Positions 1 through 9,455 of a DNA stretch of 62,444 nucleotides are shown in pieces. The stretch's first letter is position 1; every line of letters begins with the position of its first letter. A program made the translations under genes and the position numbers. Source of the DNA: a virus. Lineage: Duplodnaviria > Caudoviricetes. A model generated the notes under the pieces. That model had not been told where the DNA came from, did no database searches, and saw nothing but the letters and a program-made list of their open reading frames with translations. The stretch spans positions 1 to 62,444 of IMG/VR virus record IMGVR_UViG_3300043640_000318; one strand, 5' to 3'.

Positions 1-356
1 GCCTTGCAGAACCGGTTGACCGAGATGGGCGCCCCGGCCCACATCCCACCGTAGATCTCGAAGGCGGCCTTGGCGATCCGGGGGGCGTCGTCTCCCCAAC
101 GGGCCAGGAACGATTTGAAGACCGAGGCCTCCTTGGTGGCCATCCGCACCTGCGGCCCGTGGCGCTCCTCGATCGAGACCATCACATAGTCCCGGAGCTG
201 GCGCCAGTCCCACTGGGCGGCCTCAGTGAGCAGATGGGTCCTCCCGGCCGACGGAGGCGCCACCGGGGCCACCTGGACGCTCTGGGAGGCCTGCGGGGGG
301 CGCTGGGTGACGGTGGTGACGGTGCGGTCGCCGAGGTCTGGCGCGAAGTTACGCAT
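1..356 (-). CDS. hypothetical phage protein (runs off left edge)
   Basis: Not in ORF track; ATG at 356 with RBS AAGGAG; reads MRNFAPDLG...WDWRQLRDYV...FKSFLARWG...NRFCK with no stop to the edge. Confidence 0.75.
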   Translation of the reverse strand, partial: MRNFAPDLGDRTVTTVTQRPPQASQSVQVAPVAPPSAGRTHLLTEAAQWDWRQLRDYVMVSIEERHGPQVRMATKEASVFKSFLARWGDDAPRIAKAAFEIYGGMWAGAPISVNRFCK

Positions 357-822
357 GGGTCTCCTTGGAGGTGCGGGGGAGGTGCTGGTTCAGCGAAGAT
401 CGGCCACCAAGGATGCTGTGCATGAGGGGCCACCTTCCGTTCACGCCAGTGTGCGCCGAGCGACGCGAGAGGCGGTCTCCGGAGCGTACGACCCTGCGGA
501 AGGACCGGTCAACCCAGCCAGCCGAACGTCGTTCGCCAAGGAACTTGGTGTTTGCTGATTACCCAAACGTCACAGATAGGGGGTCTCTGTGCAGACATAA
601 CGCTTTGTCTATTTCCGTCGCCGGTACGAGCCCCGGCGCTGGCGTGGCGCACCTTCCTTAACCTCGCGGGAATCAGGCCCCCGCATAGGCATAGCTTCGT
701 CGTGACTCGGGACATGGATCGTGGCTCGTAAATCGGGCGTGATCACCAGGCCGCCACGCAGGCGTCATCGCTAAGCTACATCGTCTCGTGATCATAACGC
801 CATCACGCAGGCATAAGGTATA

Positions 823-1704
823 TCAGTGCCAGAGCTTACCCACAATGAACTTCTCGATCGTCGTTTGCATTTCGAGGGAGTTCAGGAAGGCCAGCAGCTC
901 CGCCGCCCCGTCGGTGCCCAGGGTCGTCGGCTCGAAGCGCGGCGGCCAGTCCACCTGAGCGTCCGGGACGCGGCACAGATCGACCAGCAGCAGGCTCAGG
1001 TCGGCGTTGGCGCGCTGTTCGAGCACCTTCGGGTGCACGATGCGGTCCAGATCCCAGTCGGCCGCCAGCAGCAGCTTCAGGGCCGTCTTGGGGCCGATGC
1101 TATGGACCCCGGGGATGTTGTCCCCCGAGTCGCCGGTCAGCGCCATCATCAACGGGATCTGGTGCGGCCAGCAGCCCTTCTCCTCCAGCACCCTGACGCC
1201 GTTCCACCGGTCGGTGGCGGCCCCGCCCGAGGACAGCCGCACCTGCTCGGTGTCACCGGACAGAAGCTGGAGGAAGTCCTTGTCGTTGGACAGGATGACG
1301 ATCTTCGCCATGGCGCCGATCTTGTGCCAGTAGGCGGCGATCAGGTCGTCGGCCTCCTGGCCCTCCTGGGAGATGTGAGCGACCCCGGCGAGATCGAGGA
1401 AGCGCTTGGCCATGCCGAACGCGCTGTTCTGGCGCTCCTGCTCCTCGGGGTCGCGCTGCTTGCGGTTGCCCTTGTACGCCGGGTACAGGGCGACCCGGCG
1501 GCTGCTGGGCCCGGCGTCCCAGCAGACCACCATCCGGTCCGGCCGCTCCTCACGGACATGGCGAGCCAGCGAGTTGATGAAGACGTGTAGCGGGCCGGTG
1601 TCGAGACCGCCCGAGCTCATCCTGGAGTGGGAGGTCGCCTTGATGGCCCGCACGAGCAGGTTGTTCCCATCGACGAGCAGGACCTTCTCAGTCACTGGGT
1701 TCAT
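823..1704 (-). CDS. 5'-3' exonuclease / flap endonuclease (PolI N-terminal-like)
   Basis: LLVDGNNL, YPAYKGNR, EADDLIA, SNDKDFLQL, LTGDSGDNIPGV..IGPKTA (H3TH) motifs. Confidence 0.93.
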   Translation of the reverse strand: MNPVTEKVLLVDGNNLLVRAIKATSHSRMSSGGLDTGPLHVFINSLARHVREERPDRMVVCWDAGPSSRRVALYPAYKGNRKQRDPEEQERQNSAFGMAKRFLDLAGVAHISQEGQEADDLIAAYWHKIGAMAKIVILSNDKDFLQLLSGDTEQVRLSSGGAATDRWNGVRVLEEKGCWPHQIPLMMALTGDSGDNIPGVHSIGPKTALKLLLAADWDLDRIVHPKVLEQRANADLSLLLVDLCRVPDAQVDWPPRFEPTTLGTDGAAELLAFLNSLEMQTTIEKFIVGKLWH

Positions 1705-2149
1705 CCCTTCTGTCGATGCCGATGATCCGGCTGGCGGTCGAATACCCGCAGATCGTGGTCCTGGCTATTTCGGTCATGACATGGGCATGGAAGCTGTCGA
1801 TGGTCGATTTAGCCTCCCAGGCCGCCGATCCCGGAGAAGGCTCCGCGACGTTCAGATTGATCCAGGCGTCCTTACCCGTGGAGATATCGATGTCGCCCCA
1901 GTACGTCTTGAGGACACCATCGGGATCGAGGACCTTCTGGGTGATGACGTCGGTGACCTGATCGAAGTTCAGGCCCTTGATGAACGGCTGCACCGCGTAG
2001 GGGGCGAATCGCACTTCCCAGTAAGTGCATATTTCGAGCTTGGCCATTTCTGTTGTTTCTCCGCAGTTGGTGGCGCGACCGGTCTCGGGATCGATGTGAT
2101 AGGACGCGTGCTCTGTACAGAAGAGGGCGCCGGTGGCTTGATCTTTCAT
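1688..2149 (-). CDS. hypothetical protein
   Basis: ORF overlapping both neighbours in the minus-strand operon. Confidence 0.7.
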   Translation of the reverse strand: MKDQATGALFCTEHASYHIDPETGRATNCGETTEMAKLEICTYWEVRFAPYAVQPFIKGLNFDQVTDVITQKVLDPDGVLKTYWGDIDISTGKDAWINLNVAEPSPGSAAWEAKSTIDSFHAHVMTEIARTTICGYSTASRIIGIDRRDEPSD

Positions 2150-2583
2150 CGTGATTTCTCCGCGACGAGCTGAACGATCTGAGTGGCGAAGTGACCGTAG
2201 ATGCGATCGACGACGTCCTTCGCGAAGATCAGGACCACGGTGTTGTCGTAGTCCTCTCCGCCTCGGACGAAGTGCTCGATGATCTCCTCGGCCACCAGCC
2301 TGATGATGACGTCACGATTGGTCTCGGACTCCATCCGGAGCTGGGTCAGGTAGATGAACAGGTCCCGGGCCTCCTCCTGGATGTCCTGGACGCCCCGGCG
2401 GCCGTTGAAGGTCTTCAGCGTCGACCCGTAGCGTTGCAGGCCGACCTTCTTGCTCTCCTGCATCTCCGCGATGACCCGGTCCTGCACGCACTCTCCTGCG
2501 CCGTCTGGGAGCCGCTGGTCACCCTCCCTGCTCTTGCTCGGGATCGCACTCCAGGTGTCCTCGCCGTGAAGGTACTCCGCCAT
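2146..2583 (-). CDS. hypothetical protein, possibly MazG-like nucleotide pyrophosphohydrolase
   Basis: Start reassigned to MAEYL (RBS GAAGAGGA); G..RYG..L...NGR....D..EE..D...Y pattern. Confidence 0.55.
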   Translation of the reverse strand: MAEYLHGEDTWSAIPSKSREGDQRLPDGAGECVQDRVIAEMQESKKVGLQRYGSTLKTFNGRRGVQDIQEEARDLFIYLTQLRMESETNRDVIIRLVAEEIIEHFVRGGEDYDNTVVLIFAKDVVDRIYGHFATQIVQLVAEKSR

Positions 2584-2821
2584 CGTTTTCCTCTTCCCTT
2601 CTCCATTGGAAGCCCCGGGTGTTCTCGAAGCCCCAGATCTGCTGGTTACCGGACTTACGGAGGATGACCAGGCCCGCATTGCTGGGGTGCAGGCACTTGC
2701 CCGGCTTGTGCTGCTCGAATGAGCGCACGCCACTGAAGGTCTTATGACAGACCGAGCAGTGAGCCGTACTCAGACCGCCCCATTTAGAAGCGCAACCCGA
2801 GCACCCGTGAAGTAGTGTCAC
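2519..2821 (-). CDS. small Zn-binding protein (FDXHR-like)
   Basis: CSGC...HCSVCHKTFSGVRSFEQH...C; GTG start overlaps upstream TGA. Confidence 0.65.
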   Translation of the reverse strand: MTLLHGCSGCASKWGGLSTAHCSVCHKTFSGVRSFEQHKPGKCLHPSNAGLVILRKSGNQQIWGFENTRGFQWRREEENDGGVPSRRGHLECDPEQEQGG

Positions 2822-3222
2822 TCGATCACGCCGTAGAGCCGCGCTTCCCACTTCACGAGCATGAGCATCATGAGCAGCTGACTGCCGTCGATCTCGCCTT
2901 GCTGAGCCAGGGCGTGACCCATTCGCTCGACGTCTGCGAGAGTGTAATAGCGGTTGTCGGAGTCAGTCCGCTTGATGACCAGCGGGACACCGTCGAGAAT
3001 GAATTTGCCGTCGGGGTTGTCTGCGGTCGGCCGGTGCCGCCAGCGCACCCACTCAGGGCCCTTACCGAGGAACACCTTCGCGAACTCGTGCACCGTGTAG
3101 TGCGGGTACGGCTTGCCGTCCTGGATCGGCAGCATGTCGTCCTCGACCCAGAACCGGCGGCCCGGCGGGTCGAGATCCTCGGTGATGACCTGCACTTCGT
3201 CGGGCGTTCCTGGCATGGACAC
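2818..3222 (-). CDS. MerR-like winged-helix DNA-binding protein
   Basis: YTVHEFAKVFLGKGPEWVRW...KRTDSDNRYYTLADVERM. Confidence 0.7.
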   Translation of the reverse strand: MSMPGTPDEVQVITEDLDPPGRRFWVEDDMLPIQDGKPYPHYTVHEFAKVFLGKGPEWVRWRHRPTADNPDGKFILDGVPLVIKRTDSDNRYYTLADVERMGHALAQQGEIDGSQLLMMLMLVKWEARLYGVIE

Positions 3223-3244
3223 TGGCTATTCCTTTACCTGACAC

Positions 3245-3284
3245 GAGTACGGCCTCCCCTTCGAACGAGGGGGAGGCCGTACTC
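3245..3284. terminator. intrinsic terminator-like hairpin
   Basis: GAGTACGGCCTCCCC / GGGGAGGCCGTACTC inverted repeat just downstream of the 3302-4057 gene. Confidence 0.65.
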
Positions 3285-3301
3285 AGTTTCTTGACGTGAA
3301 G

Positions 3302-4057
3302 CTACTTGACGGGACGACGGTACATCGAGGCGGACGGGGCGGGCTTCGAGACGAGCTTGCCCAGGATCTTCAGGCCACGGGCCTTGTTCTTCCGGACGAA
3401 GTCCCAGACCTTGGCCTCGTCGACCACGCGGACCTGGCGGGTCATCGCGAGGTAGTCGGCCTTGTCGATCTCACCGGAGTCGACCATGTCCTCCAAGTTG
3501 CCGTAGCTGACGGTCGGGCTGCCCTGGCTGAACTGCTGCTGCCACTCGTCGTTGAAGTCCGGCACCGAGACGGTGTGCGGCCTCTGGGCCTCGGCCAGCA
3601 GGTAGTGACCGTGCTGGTCACGCGGGGTCGCCGGGACGATGACCTCGCCGTTCGGGCCGAGCACCGCCTTGGGGACCGCGATGGCACGCTCCTCGGCGTC
3701 CACATCCATGTGGTGGTGGACCATCTCGCGGATCGCCTTGGCCCGCTTGGCGAGCGGGCCGACGATCGCCAGGATCATGGCCTCCTCCTTGCCCAGCTGA
3801 GCCAGCTCGTGATCGCTGAGCGTCCGGCGCTGCTCCAGCTCCACCAGGGCGAAGTAGGCGGCCACGTCGCGCATCGCGACCTTGGCCTCAGGGGTGAGCT
3901 TGACGGACTTCGGCAGGGCGGGGAAGGGGATCTTCTCCGGCAGCGGGCCACTGTCGACGGAAGCGGCGATGGCCGCGACCACGTCGTTCAGGGTGGCGTC
4001 CGGGTTCGCCAGCTGCTGAGCGGCGGCGGTGGTGGAGAGGGTTTCCGTCATCTGCAC
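3302..4057 (-). CDS. hypothetical protein
   Basis: 251-aa ORF, RBS GAAGGAG, typical codon usage. Confidence 0.8.
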   Translation of the reverse strand: MQMTETLSTTAAAQQLANPDATLNDVVAAIAASVDSGPLPEKIPFPALPKSVKLTPEAKVAMRDVAAYFALVELEQRRTLSDHELAQLGKEEAMILAIVGPLAKRAKAIREMVHHHMDVDAEERAIAVPKAVLGPNGEVIVPATPRDQHGHYLLAEAQRPHTVSVPDFNDEWQQQFSQGSPTVSYGNLEDMVDSGEIDKADYLAMTRQVRVVDEAKVWDFVRKNKARGLKILGKLVSKPAPSASMYRRPVK

Positions 4058-4090
4058 TCCTTCGTGAGCCTCTGTGGTGCCCTCACCCTA

Positions 4091-4124
4091 CCAAGGATCC
4101 TGTGTGGACCACAAGGATCCTTGG
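4091..4124. promoter_or_regulatory. inverted pair of CCAAGGATCCT operator-like sites
   Basis: CCAAGGATCCT-N12-AGGATCCTTGG next to a minus-strand -10-like TAGGGT. Confidence 0.55.
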
Positions 4125-4432
4125 TGTCGATCTAAGAAAATTAAATCTTTGCATTCCCGTCCTGGCACAAAGCCGCCAGGCAGGCATCAGGGTTGCTTCG
4201 CGGATTGCGTCACGGTCTCGAACCACCGTGCAGGTGCTGGTGCAAAGTTGCCATGTCGTGAGATCAAGGGGCTCACGCTCCGTTAAACGCCGAAGCCGAG
4301 AGTCACAATTGACTCCCGGCTTCGACTGCCACAGAAAGGCGAACGCCAGAGTTCACCAACGCTCCCGGGGGAACCCGGGCCCGCTGAGATCTACTGTAGC
4401 GGACACACGGCGCCAAGGAAAGTATGTGTTTG

Positions 4433-7015
4433 CTAGATCGGTGCGCCCCAGCCGATCCGCTTGCTGATGCCGAAGCCGGACGTCATCCCGAGCACCTTCG
4501 ACCCGCTCGCCATCCCAGAGAACTCGATGACGATCTGCTTGCCGTCGTCGTGCACGTCGAAGGCCCCGTAGTTGTTGAACTTGGTGCTGCCAGTGGCGGG
4601 GTTGGGCGAGAACCCCTGGGACCAGGTGCCGTTGCCGTTGAAGGGCGTCTGATCGAGCGGAGAGCAACTGACCACCGGGAACCCGCCCGGCACATGCGAT
4701 CCGTCGTCGGCGGCCAGCACATGCAGGTCACCGTGGATGTAGAGCAGGTTGACGTGGTTGCTGGTGATGTAGGCGGCCAGCTCGGCCCGCTCAGTGTTGT
4801 AGGCGGTCCAGGTGTCGTCGCCCCCGAAGGTGGCGCTACCGCTCCACTCGTCCTCGTGGATCCAGACCTTGACGGGCTCCGAGCTGGTCAGCTGGGTCTT
4901 CAGCCAGGCCTTCTGGGCGGCTCCCAGCTTCGTCTTACCCGAGTTGTCGGTGTTGGCGATCGGGTCCATGTAGCTGCGGCCGTCGGTCATGATGAACCGG
5001 ACCCGGCCGATCACCCAGGTCTGGTAGATCCCGATGCCGTCGGCGGGCAGGTCGTAGGACGGGAAGAGCCTGCGATAGACCGCCTGCACCGCTGGGGCCG
5101 CCGGGCCGTTCTTGTCGGAATTCGAGATGCCGTTCTCGTGGTCGCTCCAGGTGTAGGCCAGCGGCATCGCGGCCCACAGGGCCTGCTGCCGGGACTGACC
5201 GATGGCGTTCAGCCAGGCGGCCAATGCCCACTGCTGGTCATTAACCCCGATGTCCTGATAATGCATGTCACCGGGATGGATGAACATCTGAGCCGTCCGG
5301 CCGTCAGGCGCGGTGTCCGTCCGGATGGAGTCGAAGGTAGTGGCGTTGGAGTCGGTGTCGGAACAACTCGCGACGGCGAACCTGAAGGGGTAGGGCGTCC
5401 CGGCCGCAGGGAAGGTCCTGAAGGTCCCCTTGTGGACGGTATCGAGGGTGTCATCGAGCTCGTAGCCGTAGTAGTAGACCGTGTTCGCGGTCAGGCCCGT
5501 GATGGTGACCATGCCGATGCCGTTGAAGTCCGGCGTCACGCTGGAGGAGTAGGCCGGACTGGACAGGTCAGAGCTGGTCGAGACGGCCACCCGCACCGAC
5601 GAGGTGAACTTGGTGACGAAGGAGATCTTGGCCTGGGTGTCGGTCACCCCTCCGCACAGGCGCCCGATGATCTGAGGCGGGGTGGCGATGCCATAGCCGA
5701 CCGGGGCGAAGGCGACCAGCTGGCCGATGCTTCCGCTGGCGGCCGGTGAGATCGTGGCCACCCTGGTGCCCGTCGAGCCGGTGGCGTAGATCGGCTGAGA
5801 GGCCACCTCCATGTCCGTGCTGGCCGACCCCGTCACGATCGCCTGAGCCTTGGCCTCGACCATGCTCACGGGCGGGGTGATGACCGGGGTGGTGACGCTG
5901 GAGATCGTACTGACGTAGAAGGCCAGCACGAGTGCCGACGGCGAGGCGATGGTGGTCGCCCCGGCGGTGATCGAGGTGGTGGTCCCGGCCGCGCCGGTGC
6001 CGTAGGAGTCCAGTGCTCTGGGATCGGCGCCGGTGATCCGGCCCATGATGATTCCGCCCCTGCCCGCTCCGGTGCTAGTGCGCCAGGTGTACATCGAGGG
6101 CTCGTCCTCGGCCGAGTCCACGTAGTGCCAGTAGACCGCCAGCATGCCGTTGGCGGTGTAGGAGTTCGGGACCAGATTCCACCCGGGTGGAATGGTGGTG
6201 GGCGTTGCGCCGCTGTTGCGATGGGTCACCTGGGCCCACAGGACATCGCCGTCGGCCATGGCGGCCGGAGGGCCCAATCTCATGATCGCCGAGTTGGAGA
6301 CCGTGACGGTGGAGAAGTCGTCGCTGGTGGTCTGCAACACCGGAGGATCGACGGTGACACCGGGGGCGATGGTGAACATGATGCCCTGGGCGCTGGTCCC
6401 GGCCGGGCTCACGGTCGCCGTGCGGCTTCCGGTGGTGCCCGAGGCGCTGAGGGTCTGGGTGGCGATCTCCAGGTAGGAGGTGGCCGAACCCGAGCTCATG
6501 GCGACGCCGACGGCCTCGTTCATCGAACCGGCCGGGGAGATCACCGGGGAAGAGGTGTCGGAGCGGTTGGAGACGTTGACGGCCACCAGGGTGGTGGCCT
6601 CTCCCACGACACTGACCGCCGGGTCGATGATGCTGGAGGTGCCGCTGGTGACCGCTGCTCCGATGGCGTCCAGCGGGGAGGTGCCCGAAGTGCCCGTGCT
6701 GCGGAAGATGACCACGCAGCCTCTGGCCCCACCGGCCGAGCTGACCCAGGTGTAGTCGGTCTCGGTCTCGATCGAGGCGTTGGGGATGTACTTCGAGAAG
6801 ATCCCGAAGGTGCCGCTGGTGCTGGCGCCCCCGGCTGTGGCCCACGCGTCGGGGATCGTGCTCCAGGTGGCGCTGGAGTTACGGGTGAACACGACCGCCC
6901 AGAGGGTGTCGCCGTCCTCGGTGTTGCCCGGCTTGGAGCCGATCAGAGTGCTGCTGTTGCTGACGGTGGCCGAGGTCAGGTCCCCCGCGCCGGTGAGTAC
7001 GACCGGTGCGTCCAT
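4433..7015 (-). CDS. virion/tail-associated protein with C-terminal FN3 + PhoD-like metallophosphoesterase
   Basis: Two repeated Thr/Ser-rich beta domains, then GLTANTVYYY, FAVASC, HPGDMHYQD, WSDHE, DGRSY, LGAAQKAWL, HGDLH. Confidence 0.8.
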   Translation of the reverse strand: MDAPVVLTGAGDLTSATVSNSSTLIGSKPGNTEDGDTLWAVVFTRNSSATWSTIPDAWATAGGASTSGTFGIFSKYIPNASIETETDYTWVSSAGGARGCVVIFRSTGTSGTSPLDAIGAAVTSGTSSIIDPAVSVVGEATTLVAVNVSNRSDTSSPVISPAGSMNEAVGVAMSSGSATSYLEIATQTLSASGTTGSRTATVSPAGTSAQGIMFTIAPGVTVDPPVLQTTSDDFSTVTVSNSAIMRLGPPAAMADGDVLWAQVTHRNSGATPTTIPPGWNLVPNSYTANGMLAVYWHYVDSAEDEPSMYTWRTSTGAGRGGIIMGRITGADPRALDSYGTGAAGTTTSITAGATTIASPSALVLAFYVSTISSVTTPVITPPVSMVEAKAQAIVTGSASTDMEVASQPIYATGSTGTRVATISPAASGSIGQLVAFAPVGYGIATPPQIIGRLCGGVTDTQAKISFVTKFTSSVRVAVSTSSDLSSPAYSSSVTPDFNGIGMVTITGLTANTVYYYGYELDDTLDTVHKGTFRTFPAAGTPYPFRFAVASCSDTDSNATTFDSIRTDTAPDGRTAQMFIHPGDMHYQDIGVNDQQWALAAWLNAIGQSRQQALWAAMPLAYTWSDHENGISNSDKNGPAAPAVQAVYRRLFPSYDLPADGIGIYQTWVIGRVRFIMTDGRSYMDPIANTDNSGKTKLGAAQKAWLKTQLTSSEPVKVWIHEDEWSGSATFGGDDTWTAYNTERAELAAYITSNHVNLLYIHGDLHVLAADDGSHVPGGFPVVSCSPLDQTPFNGNGTWSQGFSPNPATGSTKFNNYGAFDVHDDGKQIVIEFSGMASGSKVLGMTSGFGISKRIGWGAPI

Positions 7016-8484
7016 CAGCTCACCGTGACCAGGACGACCAGGTCCGAACCCGGGGTCGAGGAGCCGACGGTGTCGATGTCGATCTTCAGCGATTCCCCGT
7101 CGGCCCAGGAGGTCGTGGTGGGCGTCGCCGTGGCGGTCGTGGTGCCGTCGGCGATGGTCGGCTGAGCACCGGTGCCGGAGAAGATCGAGGAGCCGTTCTT
7201 GTTGACATCCACCCGGATCCCGGCGCCGACGGGCGCGGTGCCCACCGAGGCCCGGACCTTGGAGATGACCAGCGTCCGGCCGGTGTCGTTGTGGTAGGGC
7301 ACCGTACCGGTCAGGATCGAGATGATCCCGGTGTAGCCGAAGGGGATCGACTGGGAGAGCACTGCGGCGCCCGACTGTCCGTTGACGGTCGTGACGTAGG
7401 TCGGCAGCTGGCCTGAGGTGACCTTGCCCCCGCTGTCGAGGGTGGCGACCCCGCTGTTGGCTCCCAGCGAGCTGGTGGGCACATAGGCGTGGGTGTGGTT
7501 GCCGATCGCGACCTGGGAACCGCCGGTGCCGGTGGGGAGCCGGGCGAAGGCCACGGTCCCGCTGGCGATCTTCGCGCCGTCCAGGTCGGGGATCTGAGAA
7601 GTCGGGACCAGACTGCTACCGTCGAGGGAGGCCACCCCGCTGGCACTACCTCTGGCCGTACTGGCGATGGCGTTGACATCGGCCGCCACCAGCTCCACCG
7701 TGCCGGTCTGGCCGTTGACGCTGGAGACGGCACCGCCGGAGGCGGGCAGCTGGGAGGTGGGCACCTTCCCGCCGGAGTCCAGGCTCGCGACCCCGTTGTT
7801 GGCACCCCGGGCCGAGGCCGCGAGGTAGGAGGCCGTCAGGCTGACGACCCCTGAGAGGCCGTCAACGCTCACCACACGGCTCTGGGCGGCCGGGACCTTG
7901 CCAGCCCCGTCCAGCTGCGCCACGCCGCTTATGGCGCCCCTGAGGGCGTCTGGGATGGCACCCACGTCCGAGGACACCAGCACGACGGTGCCCGTGTGCC
8001 CGTTGACGGACGCGACCGCCGGGGCGGGCATCTGACTGGTCAGTACCTTGCCGTCGTTGCCCAGCCTGACATAACGGGTGGTGAGATCGACATCGCCCGT
8101 GAGGCCATCGACCGAATTCACATAAGTCGTCACTTGGGCTCCAGGATTGACCGTCACCGTGTCATTGATATCGACGGTTGGTCCCAAATCGGCGGGGACC
8201 TTTAGATAACGCGTACTACTTCTGAACCGGTCGATTCGTTCAACGACGACGTAATACCAGCCGTCTGGTGCCAGTAGTTCGTTGTCGGTCGCAGGCAGCT
8301 CGATCGAGAAAGAGCCGTTCAAGTCGAGCTGCCTGCGGGACGCGACGGGCAGGAACGCGACATCACCATCGTCGTCGACCAGAACCTGCGAGACCGAGAA
8401 GCTGATCTCTCCCGTGCACGGCTTGTCCAGGGCCAGATAGGTCCCGGTGACCGTGACGGTGTTCAGATCATCTGGCAGTGCCAC
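7015..8484 (-). CDS. tail fibre-like protein
   Basis: Repeats VxSVNGxTGxVxLxAxDV and GVASLDxxGKVPxxQLP. Confidence 0.75.
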   Translation of the reverse strand: MALPDDLNTVTVTGTYLALDKPCTGEISFSVSQVLVDDDGDVAFLPVASRRQLDLNGSFSIELPATDNELLAPDGWYYVVVERIDRFRSSTRYLKVPADLGPTVDINDTVTVNPGAQVTTYVNSVDGLTGDVDLTTRYVRLGNDGKVLTSQMPAPAVASVNGHTGTVVLVSSDVGAIPDALRGAISGVAQLDGAGKVPAAQSRVVSVDGLSGVVSLTASYLAASARGANNGVASLDSGGKVPTSQLPASGGAVSSVNGQTGTVELVAADVNAIASTARGSASGVASLDGSSLVPTSQIPDLDGAKIASGTVAFARLPTGTGGSQVAIGNHTHAYVPTSSLGANSGVATLDSGGKVTSGQLPTYVTTVNGQSGAAVLSQSIPFGYTGIISILTGTVPYHNDTGRTLVISKVRASVGTAPVGAGIRVDVNKNGSSIFSGTGAQPTIADGTTTATATPTTTSWADGESLKIDIDTVGSSTPGSDLVVLVTVS

Positions 8485-8525
8485 GTACCCACGTCCTCCG
8501 GCCGGAGCCGTATCGTTTCGTCAGC

Positions 8526-9314
8526 TCACTTGGCGGGCGGGACAGGTGCCTTCGGTGCGACGGCGGCCAGGATCTTGTCGAGCTTGGCTTCCAGTGCGGT
8601 GACTTTGGTCTCCAGCGTGCGAACGTGGGAGCCCACGTTCATCAGGATGGTGCTGGCCTGCCACATGGTGTCCTTGCCGTCCACCGGCCACGGGACCGGG
8701 CCGAGCTGCTCTTTCCAGACGTCGGGTGCGCTCACGTCATCCTCCACGAACATGGTCTTGGGCATCGGGCCCGGGTCGGTGTGGTCGTTCTCAGGGACGT
8801 GGCAATGGCCGTAGTGACCCGCCTTGCCCTTCCAGGTGGTGGCGTTACGGGAGTTGCCCGACCACGCGGGCCAGCCACCGGGCCAGGTGCCGGGGATCTT
8901 CCACCCGCGCATCCAGGCCATGAGCTTGTCCAGGCCCACACAGGGGGTCTCGGCGACGGTCATGTACTTCTTGCCGTTGCGGACGGCGCCGGGCGTGAAG
9001 AAGACCTCGACCTGGAGGCAGACGCTGCCCATCCGGTTGGTCTCGACTCCACCGGAAGTATTGGCGAGGGCTCGGGCCGATTGATTGGCGGGATAGAACT
9101 GTACGATCCGGCCGGTCCATGGATCCCACATCACATGCGGACAGAAATCCACGTTTTTCAGGTAATTAGCGATGTTGTCGAAAGCGGGCTGCTTACCGCC
9201 CGCGCCGAGGGCGTCCCAGGTGATGTGCCAGACGGCTCTTGGAGCGCCACCGGCCATCGAGCCGCCGTTGTTCTCGGGCTTGTGTTCGGCGCCCGGTATC
9301 CACAGATCAGACAT
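8526..9314 (-). CDS. endolysin, N-acetylmuramoyl-L-alanine amidase
   Basis: VWHIT, PHVMWDP, QVEV, GHCHVPENDHTDPG Zn-amidase motifs. Confidence 0.85.
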   Translation of the reverse strand: MSDLWIPGAEHKPENNGGSMAGGAPRAVWHITWDALGAGGKQPAFDNIANYLKNVDFCPHVMWDPWTGRIVQFYPANQSARALANTSGGVETNRMGSVCLQVEVFFTPGAVRNGKKYMTVAETPCVGLDKLMAWMRGWKIPGTWPGGWPAWSGNSRNATTWKGKAGHYGHCHVPENDHTDPGPMPKTMFVEDDVSAPDVWKEQLGPVPWPVDGKDTMWQASTILMNVGSHVRTLETKVTALEAKLDKILAAVAPKAPVPPAK

Positions 9315-9362
9315 CCGTATCTCCCCTCACCTCTTCCTCGCAGGAGAAGGGGCGGAGACAGC

Positions 9363-9411
9363 AAAACGCCACCGGCGAGAGTCTGGTGCGGACCCTCATG
9401 CGCCGGTGGCG
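9363..9411 (-). terminator. intrinsic terminator after dinG
   Basis: CGCCACCGGCG / CGCCGGTGGCG stem followed by TTTT on the minus strand. Confidence 0.6.
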
Positions 9412-9455
9412 CCTTGACTCATCCGTTCGGGGGCAGGGGATGAACTGCCCCTCTA

